DNA of 63,802 bases, filler included, from Rhabdomonas costata (GCA_019059605.1; 23 parts of 23 records of this genome joined end to end with filler, not necessarily neighbours in it), one strand, 5' to 3'. Positions 11,835 to 25,045 are shown, numbered from the whole stretch's first letter. Notes: generated by a model from the letters alone, not told the origin. Numbers and translations: made by a program.

Positions 11835-13632
11835 TTGATCACACACGAAATCGTTGGCATTTCTGAGGCGGAGGGAAGGTCCGGCAGAAACAGACCTCCT
11901 CCGCAGTTTCCGTGGGAAAAGCTGAGCTGTTTGGAGTTGCCGACATTTTCCAATGCACCACACAACACAGAAGATGGCAAACTGTGAGCAGGTTTTGGAG
12001 AGTTAGCACTCAATTCAGACAGGCAGACAGGCAGACGGATGTCGAAAATCTACGACGTGATGTCCAAGCTCATTAGTTTCCCAGTGGGCTTGTGGTTTGT
12101 GTGGGTGTGTGTGCGCGCGCGACAGACATCAGTCTCATGTGTGTGGCAAACTGACAAGTTGGGACAAATGACCTGCTGAAATCTGTTTCGACCCTCACTG
12201 CAGCACAGTGATCAACTTTTGCTTGTTGCGGCCCAAACCCCTGGTCCCCTCTGGCGCGGGTCACGCCACAATTATTCACAAGATGTACCCTCTCTCTTTG
12301 AGTAAAAACTGTCGTTCCACTCTTAATTGAGAGAGGGTCATCATCAAGGATCCGGCTCAAGCGGAACCCGACCTGCGCGCCACCCGTGCTGGTCCTTCGG
12401 AGTGTGCGACGACAACGTATGCGCTGTGGAGTAACACTACATTTGATTCCAAAGGAAAGGAAAGGTTGAAAATATATTAGCTCAAGATGGGCCACAAAAA
12501 GTGGCACGATGCAAAGCATTTACAAAAAATTCGTTGAGCACACAAAATAATTAAAATTCAACAAAATTAGTAAAAAAATTTCTCCCAAATTATTTTTAAC
12601 AGGGAATGTGTGTCACGCTTCAAAAAAAAATTCGCAACTAAAAAAGTAGGATTTCAATCTAAACGGTGGTTAGTTCTTACCCAAAGTACAATTGCGTCCA
12701 GCAAACATAAGCATAAATAGCACAAGCATAAATATTCCTCAGTTACTATTAGTTTACTTTCATAATCGCACGCAGCCTTGAGACGTTGTTTTGGGGCTTG
12801 GTTTTCGTTGGATTCGTCTGCCCTGTGCGTTGCCTTTTGTTGCACTCAGTTTCAGTGGAGTGGAGGTGTCCGTGTGAAAAAGTGATAAAATACGGCACCC
12901 AAAGGATGTGGGAGGTTTTTCAAGCACCCCTTATAACCCCAGAAAAGGCTACAAAACCGGGGAGACGGGTTCGGGAAGGGGGGGTTACTTTCCCCGGAGT
13001 AGGTGTAAACCATAGTGCGCTAAGCCGTTGCCTTTCGTTTCAGCGCCAAGGGCCGGGCGTTCCCAGGCCCCAGACAACAGATAGCGAAAAAGATGAGAGC
13101 GGCCTCTCATATTTTTGCCTGGATACCAGGGCAAAATTGAAACCACCTGCCCTTGGTGAAGCCTCTGCAAACCACCAAAATTTTTTTTACAAAATGCTTT
13201 TTGCGTCAATCTCAAGTTTGGTGCAAATCTCGTGTTCACTAATCAAAAGGGGTCAACCAACAGGGCAAAAGAAAGACAAGATAGAGATAGAGATAGAGAG
13301 AGAAAGACAAGATAGAGATGTTGAGCATCTCTTCTGGGCTATCGTCTTTTTTCACTTATCTTTTCTTTTACCTTTTCTCTTCTTTTTTCTTTTACCTTTA
13401 CGTTACAGTGCCAGTGCCCGATTCCATTTCCATGACAATGGAGAGCCAACAGAAAAGAGAGCTATCTCCCAAACGTGAGCCCAACTTGGTGTGAAAGCGT
13501 GGTGCTCGAACTCGGAAGCCCCACAAACCACACATCCTGCATGTTATTTTTGGTCCTTTCATCACAGAAGATCAACGGTGTTTTGTTGTTCCCGAGACCC
13601 CCCCTGTTTTTGGCTCGGCTCTTTCCCTCGAA

Positions 13633-13789
13633 ATGAACCTCGGCGAAGTCGGCAGCATTGCGCTCAATCTCTCGTGCTCCATTGGGGTCATTCTTTCAAA
13701 CAAGTTTCTCTTCGAGCGCTTTGCCTTCGGTTTCCCTGCCATGCTTGCGGTGCTGAACCAGGTCTACATCGCTCTTGTCGCACAGCTGG
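13633..13789 (+). CDS. Triose-phosphate/nucleotide-sugar transporter family (SLC35E-like), first exon
   Basis: MNLGEVGSIALNLSCSIGVILSNKFLFERFAFGFPAMLAVL matches the TM1-TM2 S.GVIL.NK.L...F.FP..L signature. Donor GTACGT at 13790. Confidence 0.8.
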
Positions 13790-14169
13790 GTACGTACTGC
13801 NNNNNNNNNNNNNNNNNNNNNNNNNNNNNNNNNNNNNNNNNNNNTTAATTAATTAANNNNNNNNNNNNNNNNNNNNNNNNNNNNNNNNNNNNNNNNNNNN
13901 TTTTGTGGGTGGGGTTAAGGAGCGGTTCCAGGAGAAGTTGCTGCTATCGCACTCCATATCTTCTTCCTGAGCTGTTTAATTCTCCTTACCCCATCACGCA
14001 AGAGATCGCCCATTCATACACTGACAGCCAGGATGGCACCCGTCAACGGTGGGAACAGCAGTGGCAAAGCAACGCCGACCAGCAGCCCAAGCAACACCCA
14101 AGATAAGCTCGGAAAGGGATCCCAATCAATCAAGACTGTGGATTTCCACAGCATCTCACGTAAATATAC

Positions 14170-14276
14170 CGCGTTCAGGGCGTAGCGGGCGTTGTCCACA
14201 GGTACCACCAGCTGAGGGCCTGCCATTTGCGCAATCTCGGGGTCCACATTGGCCGTGGTAATCTGAAAATCATCGC
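14170..14276 (-). CDS. glcB: Malate synthase G, internal exon
   Basis: 107-nt exon flanked by cccag| and |gtatat, encoding [35 protein letters not shown], the conserved [19 protein letters not shown] segment. Confidence 0.88.
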
Positions 14277-16423
14277 CTGGGAACGCAGCAGCAGGTGATC
14301 AGGGTGGCCACTGAGAACCACTGGTATCCACGTCACAAATCCCCGTTGCCTGCCTTTGCACAGCCCTTTTTGGATTCACTTCTTCTTTTGTGTGGTGCAC
14401 CTCATTCCGCCTCTGCCCTCTCACCACGGCTCTATCTTGGTATCCTCTCGAACGGTTATAGCACAGCTGCCCCAAGTGTCGGAAATATCGCATCTCAGAC
14501 CGTCCCTTTGGGCACGGAGCTGTCTGGGGTTTCGTGAGAAACTTCTCTCCTCATCCCAACCCCTCCCCGCTTGATTGAGGGTAAATAGCCTTGCTCAACA
14601 CTGATAAGTTGAGGAGGGGAGCGGGAGGGGGGACCGAAAGCCCTGTCTGTTCGGGGTACTTTGGAATCCGTTGGATGGATCATTATCTGATCTACCCACT
14701 CATCGACCTGGAGTTATGCACATGCAAAAGGACTGGGGCTTGCTGGTGTGGGCCGATCCCCTCACACATGGATTCCATCTTTTGCTTCACATCAATCTTC
14801 AGCAGAGCTCATCGCTCAGTTTCTCTCCGCGGGCATGCGAAAAAAGGAAAGCTATAAAGTGACCTGAGAGAGAGGGCGGTGAAACTTCAGTTTTTCGGCC
14901 CGCGGACATTGCCGAATTTTTTTCTCAAAAAACGCTAAAAATCACGTTTTGGTACTATAGAACGAATTAGTCTTCGAGTCCAGCCCGGTAAAGGTGACGT
15001 ATCCCCTTAATTTTGGGTCGTAAAACACAAAAAACACGGTTTGGTGTTTCGATTCGACCATGTTGATGCTGAAAACGCCGATTTTTGGCCGAATTTAGGA
15101 TCTTTTCGAGGCCTGCCTTGGTGGTACCATGTAAGGGTCAAAAATGGGGTGTCCGGGGTGAAAAAATCGACCCAATATGACGTTTCTGACGTCGGGGGTT
15201 CCGAAAAACGCGTTTTTATGCAGATTTGAGGGCTTTTTGAGGCTCTGGGTACGGATTTTTTTGGGGCCAAAAAGCCTTGAAGAGGGGGCATTTTGGCGTC
15301 AAAAACGGCGGCAGAAGGGGTGCAAATGAGGGACCAGCGGCAGCTTGGATAAAGTGGCTTTTTTTCGGTTGTTCCAATAGCGGCAAACCGGGGGAGGGGT
15401 CCCCCTTCCGCGAGGTAGGTGTAATCCATATTGGGATGAGCATGCACCCTCGTTTCGTTACGGGACCCTTCGCGCTGCGCGCGGTGCGCCCTCACCGGTA
15501 ACGTCTCAGCACTGTGGTGTTGCTAGCCCTGCGCTTTTTTGCTCGCGGACCCATGGGGTGAAAGTAATGTCAAAAACAATCCTAAACGAAAAATTTGGCA
15601 CCGCACCCGGGGAAGACGCCATTATGCTTTCTTTTGTTTTCATTCCCCACCTGGGTGTTAGTGGTGAATTTATCGGGGTTGGATACCGCGGTCCGGAAAA
15701 AGCATGCAAACGTCATTGGCGTGAAAAGCTAACCTCTTGGGCAACGCGGTGGAAAACTCAAAGCACCGGGTTGGCGGAGGCCACACCGGAAAACGGGGCG
15801 TTATTAAGGACGGCGCAAAATAAAAAAAATAGCGTGCCGCAAAGGATGACGGGCTAAAAAGTCGTCTTGACGAAGGCGGGTGGTGTTAGTTTCCCGGCGC
15901 AGGATGAAAAAAGGACCACCGAGTCAAAAGGAAAAGGTAAAACCAGCAAAAATTTCATGTGCTTTTCTTGGTTTCTTCTGTTCGAGGCATGCGCGGGTCT
16001 TGTTGCGGTGCGCGCCGGCGGGTCGTTGTGCGGCTTGTTCTGTGTATTGGGTTTCTTGCTGTTGGCTGGGCGCCGCCTATTTCGTGGCAAGACGGTGAAG
16101 ACCATTAAGGGCGAACGGTGTGAGAGGGGATCCCATCCTGCGACATGCAGGACATAGGCGCCCTCCATCCGAACTGGCTTTACCAAGCAAACCCCAAGAT
16201 AAAAAACCAACTCCTCGCCCCTTTTGGTCAGTGCTCTTTGGGAAAAGGGGCTGGCCTATAATAGCAAGGTTGGGGCCAAAGGCGAGGCACCCACCGCGCC
16301 CCAGAGACGTCAGGGGCATTCCACGGGCATCCCCGTTATAGGACGCGTAACCCAACCGCCGACCGACACGCACGCACACACGAGGCTGTGTTTTTTTGGG
16401 GTTTTTTCGGGGAAGGCACCAGG

Positions 16424-16443
16424 GGGTTAGGGTTAGGGTTAGG
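16424..16443 (+). repeat. Short interstitial telomere-type repeat (GGGTTA)3
   Basis: gggttagggttagggttagg, about 140 bp before the contig end. Confidence 0.75.
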
Positions 16444-16896
16444 CGCGCCACCGCCTGGTAGCGAAACGCATATTTTTATTTACTTTGTTCTTTTCATTTT
16501 CTGCCAGCCCCAAGGCTTACTTTGTAAAAAGAAGGCCAGATTTAATTGAGAAGCATTCTGTGCGCATGACCCAACCCCCACCNNNNNNNNNNNNNNNNNN
16601 NNNNNNNNNNNNNNNNNNNNNNNNNNTTAATTAATTAANNNNNNNNNNNNNNNNNNNNNNNNNNNNNNNNNNNNNNNNNNNNGGGTGGGTGGGGAAGAGA
16701 TGAAGTTTCGGAGAGAAAGAAGAGGAAGGGGTACTGCGTTCAGCTTGCGCAGAAAATTTCCCAAAACAGTAAAAAAAAGTATGGTGGGTAAAAACAAAAC
16801 ATCACCGGTTTCAGGAAGAACGGGAGGGGCAGGCGGGCGGACTTTCATGAAGAAGACCCGCAAACTCATGAGAGCTTTCGTGCTCTCTCACTCAAT

Positions 16897-16923
16897 CACA
16901 CACACACACACACACACACACAC
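16897..16923. repeat. (CA)n microsatellite
   Basis: Uninterrupted CA run of about 13 units. Confidence 0.9.
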
Positions 16924-19679
16924 TCGGAGACAGCACGGCTGCTACTGAACAAACAGGTCGTAGCACCGTTTCAAAAAGAAAAAGGCGCGGGAAAATGAGA
17001 GGGGCTGATTCTCAACTTCACAACAACCTCACAACGTGGTGGGGTTGTGGGTTCCTGGACATAAAAGGCGAGAAATCCTGAACAGAGCCGTCGAACGGAA
17101 GAACGGAAAAAAAGCGCAATCGCCGGTATACCAGCAAAGTCATGACACACGCTTAAAGAACCTATGATTTCTCACTCGCTCCAAATTGTCATCGAACGGG
17201 CCAGGCCGGAAGTCATCGAAGAACGATGGTTGGGAGTCTAATTCATTGCAGAGAAAGGCCCCCTCCCCAGCCAAATTGCGCAGCTGATTCTTATACCGCT
17301 CGTGCAAGATCTTCACAAACGTTTCCCCTTCACTTTCGTACGGAACCAAAAAAGAGCAAAACAAGAGATGCTCCGAATATCTCAATTTAAATTCGGTGCA
17401 ACCTAAACTCACGGTCCGGAAAGGATTGACCAGAAAACAACGTACCTTTCTCCAGCAGCTGGGAAGAGGGCATCGCCGGGCTCAACGCCATCCACTCCGG
17501 AGTGGAGGGCGCAGACCCTTTGAAGGGCGCCACGACCTCCTCGGGGGTCCCAGGGTGCCTGCGGCACCGCCCCTCAGCCGCGCCCTGCGGAGGGAACCAC
17601 ACACTCTTTCGGGTGGCCGAGGCCTTGGGCGGAGCAGGCTGCAGCACCAGGGCGGTAGGGCGTTTCGCGGTGTACCCCGGGCAAGGGCGAGGGGCAGATG
17701 GGTTCATATGTCAGCGGGATGACGGAGATCGTAGGTGGTTTTTTCGGAGGGGGGGAATACAAATGTGAGATTGGAGAGAAGTGAGTTTGCAAGAAAAAAC
17801 AGTAGTAGTAAAAAAAACTGTGGCTGCACGAGTGGCAGGGAGGAAAGTTGCAAAAAAAAAAATAAGAAAGCAAAGAAAAGGGGGAAAATATGCGGGAGAA
17901 GAGCAGGTGCGGACATTAATCATGCCCAACATGCCCTACATGGGAGTACACACGAAAATAAGGAGGACGCTCAGACCACGTGCTCACCACCTGCTAGAGG
18001 CGAGGGTAGTGAAGTGATAAGTGGAGGGTTGAAATCTTCAAAAGAAAGAGGTGAAATACACTGCAAAGTAGTCATTGCTCTGTTTCAGGCAATCGCAGGT
18101 GTCATTTGTCCTTGTCATAATTCCAAATTCCGACTATCCAAAAAAACCTTGTTCTTGTTCTCAGGCAGAAATTCGGGGAACAAAGAAAAATAATGGGCCG
18201 GACTGGCACAGCTGTGGTGCAGCAAACCAGATCCTTAACTTTTCCTCCGGGGAGGTTCGTCAAAAAACCACCACCTCGACTCAACCATTGACATCATGCC
18301 ATCAGATATAATGCCCTCATGTGGTGTAAACGGAGCTTGAACAACTTTGTCTACGCTCCTCGGGCTCCCTAATCACACACCCTTTGATATTTGGGAGGGA
18401 TAGGGTCGCACCCCGAGTTCCCCCATCCCCGTTCCTTTGTGCTTTGAGGTCAGGTTGAGTGACTATCGCTACCATATAGCCTCAGAGATTCCAGAGAAAG
18501 CTGGAGAAGTGGCACTCGGTCAAACGGTCCATTCGGTATGTGGAAGTCGTACTGGTGTGTTGTTGAGGTGAAGGGATTTTGTGCGTGCTGCGTGGACATG
18601 TCCCAGTTTGTGCAGCAGTGGATGGGGAGATGAACGCGGGATGCCTGGATGTACCTGGTAGTCAGTAGATAGACCATGTTAGAGAAAGATGGGAGTGCGG
18701 AGGGAGTCCCTCCCACGGTATTGCCGCTGCGCAAAAGGCATTCACGCCTGACCAGCCTTCATTTTGCAAGGGCGGAAGTGGATGCACAGAATACGGAAGC
18801 CAAGAAAGAAAGTTTCGAGGGGTTGCGCTTCGGTCCTTTCCCCAGAACACCGCAGAACACGGCGCACAACATACCCACAACCCACATTCCCATGCTCCCC
18901 TCTGAATAATGACAGCAGAAGGTGGCGGTGCAGCCACGAGATCTCACTCAGATGGGACAGGGCAGGACTTCTCGATAACCAGTGAGCAAGCCCTGTCAGA
19001 GGGCACTACAACAATATACAACACACGCAGGCAGAGCAACAGTTTCGCAGTTTTCGGGGCAACTCCTATATGCGTTCGTAGGACCCATAGGTCCGACGAC
19101 CCATAGGTCCCGCAGGGCCTATATGTAACATTGGGGAGGAATATAGAAAACAGCTAAAAGAAAAAGAAGAAGCAAGAACAAGAAACACATGTGTGCAAGA
19201 GGGAGGTAGGCCAGAATATAAGGGGGCCACTACGGTCTGGTCCGCAAACACTCATACACATATACTATCAACCAGATCCACCACACGGCAGCAACCAATA
19301 AAAACACAATGGTGTGCGTGCGTGCGTACCCGCCCAAGCACGAAACAGGAAAGGAAACACCCCACCCNNNNNNNNNNNNNNNNNNNNNNNNNNNNNNNNN
19401 NNNNNNNNNNNTTAATTAATTAANNNNNNNNNNNNNNNNNNNNNNNNNNNNNNNNNNNNNNNNNNNNGGTTGGTGGGTATAACTCTGACCATGTTGTTGT
19501 GTGATACTGATACCCAGTGGTGGCGATGGCTGAGCCAACTTGCGTATAGTGGGCTTCAAGTGGATGTGCTGAATTGTGAGGAGCCTGCTAGACCTTTGGA
19601 TTTCTTCATTCACCGATTGCCATGGGTAATTTTTTTGGGGGGGGGGACATCGGTTACTGGTGCTCGCGTCCCTACACAG

Positions 19680-19874
19680 GGATGCTTAGGCCTGTCAGAG
19701 CAAGGCTTCGCCCGACTGACCCAGATTGTGGTCTCCCTCGCGGACGAGCTCTGTGATGGGCGGCTGATCCTCTTCTTGGAAGGGGGCTACAACACCGAGG
19801 CCCTAGCGGCCTCAGTGTCGTGCAGCATCAGTGAGCTGCTGAAGTCTGGCGGAGCGGCGGGTGCCTTGGGCTAG
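19680..19874 (+). CDS. Histone deacetylase family (class II-like), terminal exon
   Basis: Acceptor cacag|, then GCLGLSEQGFARLT..LADELCDGRLILFLEGGYN.EALAASV with the LEGGY catalytic Tyr motif. TAG stop. Confidence 0.9.
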   Translation, partial: GCLGLSEQGFARLTQIVVSLADELCDGRLILFLEGGYNTEALAASVSCSISELLKSGGAAGALG

Positions 19875-20700
19875 GCTAGCGCACCGGCCCAAAAGGGCCC
19901 TTGTGCGGTGTGGCTACATGGGTGATGGATGCAACTCGCAAGTGTTTGTCACCGCCCTGGACCCCAGGGGTGACCCTGAGCCTCCTTTTCCGTGATTTGT
20001 ACACTTTTTCGCCATTGCATATTCTGCGATGAGTGCTTTTGTAAGCTCCCCGCCACTCTTTGTGCGCTGCCGCGCTCCTGGACATCTCTTTGCGACCTCC
20101 CTTGTACCGTTCCTTCGCTGTCAGAGCCCTGCGAAACGCCTTACCATTTACGTTGGATGACATTCATGAAGCCTTGTTTCCTGAAGCAGTTGCGGGCGTG
20201 CATGGAATCTGGTACATGGAATCTCATTTCAGGCCGTTCAATTTCAAATTATTTCACTGATTGTTCACTGAATTACGGCGCTTTTTCGACCTCGTTCTGG
20301 TTTGGTGCAGGTTGGTCAGAGCAGTCTCCAGGAAAGATGAGACGTCAGATATCGTAAGGGAACTGTTTAAGTAATAATTGGTTGCACTTGGTACACTGGA
20401 TGCCCCGCAAACTCACCAGTGCTTATAATAGCACTGATGTTCAGAGGAAGGGACTCACTTTAAGACATTAATGATTAGATGGAATGATCCTTGAGAGAGA
20501 CTTTTTGACTGCGTGCAATGTTATTTGCTTGCTTTTTCCTTTTCGGCATATTTTTCTTCACTTGCTTCAGGGTGTTTGTTGATTTGGCTGACAGACTTCT
20601 CCCTGAGCTCGCATCTGTCCTGGAATGTGAGGAAGGCAGCGTGGTCTGCCCGGTGGACAGAGTGGGGAGAGCCGGACTCCCCTTTTTGTGCAGATAACAG

Positions 20701-21659
20701 TTGGATGGATATGAGGCGGGGACCTGCTGGAGCACCGCCCTTTGCACCGGGGCTGGTGCCCCCTCCGCAGGCTGCGGCCGTGGGGTCACCTCCGCTGTGT
20801 CCTGGGATGGATCTGCTGGGCGCCGTGCAGGTGCTGGTGGTGGACCCCCGCCTGGTGCCTTACGCGGAGCGGGTGCAGCGGAAGTTTGCCGTAAACGGCA
20901 TCCCCGCCGCAGTGCGGCTCGCTTCGAGCGGGTTCGCGTGCCAAAGAGAGGGGAAACGACAGCACTCACGCACACTCACGCTCGATGTTGTCATGGCATC
21001 TCCAATGTCGTGTGCATGTGTGCCCGCCTTTCGCTTTCCTTCTTTCTATTCATTTTCATTTCCTGAGCCTGTGCCCCAGCTGTTTTTTGGATGTCGTTTG
21101 TTGGCGGCCTCCTTCCTCCCCTTTTTAGGTAATGTTGCATTCGTCTCATCTGCCATTTTCACTTGTCTGTTTACCCAACGTGCCTCCGTGCTACTTTACA
21201 TAAACTCTCCCATGGCACGTTCCTCGTTTGTATTCATCAATCGAATACCAAACACGCAGGATTATCATCACAGGAGTGTCATCGAAAAGCTCATAGTAGT
21301 GCCATCCTCTGCATGTCTTCTGTCTGGGCAGTCTGTCGATGCGGTCTTACAGTGAAATCTTTCGTCATGTGCATTGGCACCATTTCGTTTACAATGCCTA
21401 GAGACCTCTTTCAACCCAGCGGAACAGCTGCATGCCAGAGTGAAGTAATCACGGTCTAAAAACTCCTGCAACTGAGTGGGGCGAAAGATGTCCCTTTGCG
21501 TGACGCTTTCGGCCCGTTTTCAGGGAAGCCGTGGAGGGCGCCTTAGCGGAGATGGTGCGGCAGCAGACCCTCTTTGCTGTGGTGGTGCGCGCCGCGAACG
21601 TTGAGCGCAACCAGGTCTCGTTCATCGGCGTCAATATTTCAGCTGCCCGGGATCCAGGC
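20701..21659 (+). CDS. Protein with NCOA5-like (class IIa anticodon-binding fold) domain; exons about 20701-20931 and 21524-21659
   Basis: Phase-2 join GG|G gives VQVLVVDPRLVPYAERVQRKFAVNGIPAAVRLASSGEAVEGALAEMVRQQTLFAVVVRAANVERNQVSF. The pattern resembles the NCOA5 HGTP-like domain (recalled similarity). Confidence 0.55.
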
Positions 21660-22636
21660 GTGCGCCGCCACTTGTCTCGTTGTGTGGGTTTCCATTTATG
21701 AGCTGATGAGACCTCTTCCCTGATAATATTCTAGTGTGGACCTTGCCAACCGCAGGCGCGGCGGAAAGATGCCCGCTTCAATTGTTCTCCTTTGTTACTG
21801 ACAGAAATTTCTGTCTGTGGTTGGACTGTCTGTGTGCATTTGCTTTTTATGTTCCTCCTCTTTTCGCTCTTATCGTAAGTGTGGGTGTTTTTTGTGGTGG
21901 CCGCTACACTTGCCGGTGCCTGTGAGTCCGCCTGGATAATTGGGCACATAAGCGTTGCATGTGCCTGGGACCACTGTCCTGATGCTCCTGTCCTGGTGTG
22001 CAGTAAACCAGTATCCCGACACTCACAACAGGAGTATGGGAATGCCCGCACCCATGCAGCGCACGTTGGATGCTATTGAGGTCTTTTTTATCGTCCATTG
22101 TCCCGCTGCTTTCGTTCCCCCCCCCACCACCCCAAACACACCAACANNNNNNNNNNNNNNNNNNNNNNNNNNNNNNNNNNNNNNNNNNNNTTAATTAATT
22201 AANNNNNNNNNNNNNNNNNNNNNNNNNNNNNNNNNNNNNNNNNNNNGGGTTTTTTGGGCCTGGTCAGAGGCCTCAGTCATAGGCGTAGTGTAGTGTTAGA
22301 AGGCAGAGTGTGCTGCACCGTAAATGAAACCGAGAATGAAAGTGGGACTGTGCGCGGAGAGGGTCGTGAGACATGAGTAAACGATGAATGGTCTACGCGG
22401 CGCGGCGGAAGCGGGCGGCTGAGGCGGGGACGTTGTCTGGGGGGAGCGAGGGAGTTTTCGCGGCACCAAAGGTGACCTAGCCTTCCGGCACAGCTTTGTG
22501 CCTCACTCGTGGTTAGGTTTTAATACCATTTCTCTCTCACACCCTCCCCAAGAAAATAAGCTTCGGACTCAAAGTCAATGTTTTTCGGTGCTTCTGATGA
22601 CGGATTTGGGCATTTTAAGCGTTATTCCGGCGTTAG

Positions 22637-24027
22637 GCTATGGCACATCATCCTCTCCTCGGGGCCGTTCTCGGAGCTTGAGTGGCGGATTGACGAGGCG
22701 GATGACGGGGAGACGGCACTCCAGCGCATTATCGAGGCCTGTGTTGTTTCTTGTGTTGCACGCATTTTTTTTTTGCTAACGCCAGGATTTTACATGAGCT
22801 TTTTCCCTTGCCTTTTCGTGATGATTGTTGGAGCCGGGAGATTAATAGCAAATATAGAACATTACGTGAATGCGTTCTTTGCTTTTGTGATTTCAGTGTT
22901 CCTTGGTTTTACCTTTGTAAAAGCGAAACACCGTTAGGGTGGACTTATATTTGTTATCTGATTCAACCCAGGTTGTGATTTCCCTCCCTTCCTTGGCAAG
23001 ACCTTCTGTACACACAAGCGAAACGGGGTGGCATCCTGCATTTTTGCATTTTCTTTTTGGTTATGCCTTCGCAAGTGCAAGTGAAAGGGTTCCTCAAAGT
23101 GTGCTTTTACAATTGACGATGAGGTCGTCTTCTGCCCCAGTGGATTGTCCCGTAGTAAGTCGTCCCGCATTCAGAATAGCTCGCTCAACTTTAGGTTTTT
23201 TCACAGGACGCCAAAGTATATGACATTGTCATCATGGACCAGTACTTGGGGGAAGGCAAAAAATTGGTACGCGCGCTCTGAGTGTCGGGCTCGGAGGAAG
23301 GGATTACGATGAGCTTAGTGCTTTAGCGCTCTGTGGCAGCCTGACTGGTGGGCGTCTCTTTTTGTCTGCTTTTGAGTATGGCCGTTGACATATACACAAT
23401 AGTTGCTTGATGTGTTGCCTGTTGTTGCTCAAATTGAGTGGCTTCTTTACATTCCACAACCAGAGGGAGGTGAATCCGGCAGCGTTATCCGTTTCCTGGG
23501 TTGCAGCGTATTGCTTTTATGAGTTTCTCGATAACATCACTTCCCTTGCATATACAAATCCGTGAGATGAGACCCCATTTTGCCCCCAAGCGCTTTCGTC
23601 AGTTCAGCCACGGGATTTACTGCCCCGCGAGTGTGACTGTGCCGCAGACACCTGGAAATCGGGGCACGGGTGACAGGTGGTGATTAAGTCTTTGTTGCCC
23701 TACCAAAGGTTTCGTGGTTCAGAAGTGGTTCTCCTCTGCTTCTGTACGACAGCGGTTTATCCGAATGCGGGAATACCGCACCTTCGGCCTGCGGAGATTT
23801 TTTAAAACTTTGGTGAAGCTTTCGCTTTCGTCGTTATGCTTGCCATGCTGTTGACATAGGGCCGGGACGTCACCAGGGAGCTCCGCAAGTGGGAGGCTGA
23901 GCAAAGCATGCCCATCCCGACGCTCCTAATCGGGGCCTCGGCGAACTGCACTACGGTGGATCGAGAGGACTCTGTGCTGGCGGGGCAGGAGCTATTCTAC
24001 GGCAAGCCCTACCCTAAGTCTCAGCAG
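22637..24027 (+). CDS. Response-regulator receiver domain (probably of a hybrid kinase); exons 22637-22736, 23207-23266, 23860-24027
   Basis: Spliced translation WRIDEADDGETALQRIIE|DAKVYDIVIMDQYLGEGKKL|GRDVTRELRKWE..LLIGASAN..DREDSVLAGQELFYGKP. Contains the phospho-acceptor Asp (IMDQ), the Ser of beta4 and the KP motif. Confidence 0.85.
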
Positions 24028-25045
24028 GTCTTAGTGTTGCCGTTGCTTGCTGCTGTCTTGGGTCGTGTGGGTTGTGGGTTGTGCCCAGTCGTGGTAAGTT
24101 TAGATGTTGTCCACACCAGTGCCCTCGCGCGTGTGGAGGATTTTGGAGACGTTCCCCTTCAGCGCATGAAAGGAAAGCCAAGCCCCAATTTTGATTAATT
24201 TCAAGTTTCCGCACACGCAAATGCAGTGGAGACCAAGTTACATTCAGTTCTGATTGCCTTCATAAATACCTTGGCTACCATAAAAAAAAGGTTGCCACGG
24301 ATTTGTTGCCTTTGTTGCTGCGACGGCTGCGGCGAGAGCCGCACTTCTTTGCTGCGCCGCCAACCCTGAGCCTCTCGGAGAGCACGTCCTCGCTGGTGAG
24401 TGCACTTCATTCCCTGCCCATATGTGCACACATTACTTACCCCCCCCCTCTTTTCTTTGCGGTGCCCTCTGTCCTTGGTCCCAGTAAATCCTATGCGTGC
24501 GGAAGTGTCTGCCATTGGGCATTGCCCCATGACTAACGTAATGATGACCGCCTCCCTTTTTTCGTTTTACTTTTCGGGGAATACGTAGTTAAGCAGCACT
24601 TGTGTGCACTCCCTCAGCCACGCCGTACTGCTCCTGGTTTCCGCGGAAGTGGCTCTCTGGTGGACATGGATCCTCCACGAGGCCTTCCCCTCTGTGCGCC
24701 ATACGCTGAGGTGGCCGCTGCACTTTGCAGTGCAGAACCCTGCAGTCCCAGCGGCCCGTTGCCTGCTATGGAGTCGGCCGTGTCACGGCACCCGGAGCCT
24801 CAAAAAAGTGCCAGCAGGTAATTCACTTAGGGCGCCATGAGCAGGGTTTGTTTTCAATTTCATATCAACGACACGCTTTTCAGCCGTTGTTCCTTCGGGA
24901 CTGAAAGCAGGATTACCTTGATGCTNNNNNNNNNNNNNNNNNNNNNNNNNNNNNNNNNNNNNNNNNNNNTTAATTAATTAANNNNNNNNNNNNNNNNNNN
25001 NNNNNNNNNNNNNNNNNNNNNNNNNGTTGGGGGGGCAGTTTCCAC

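Noticed and set aside
21657..21665. Possible GC donor CAG|GCGTGC in the NCOA5-like gene
   Set aside because: An equally good GT donor (GTGCGC) lies 2 nt downstream and the next exon is uncertain.
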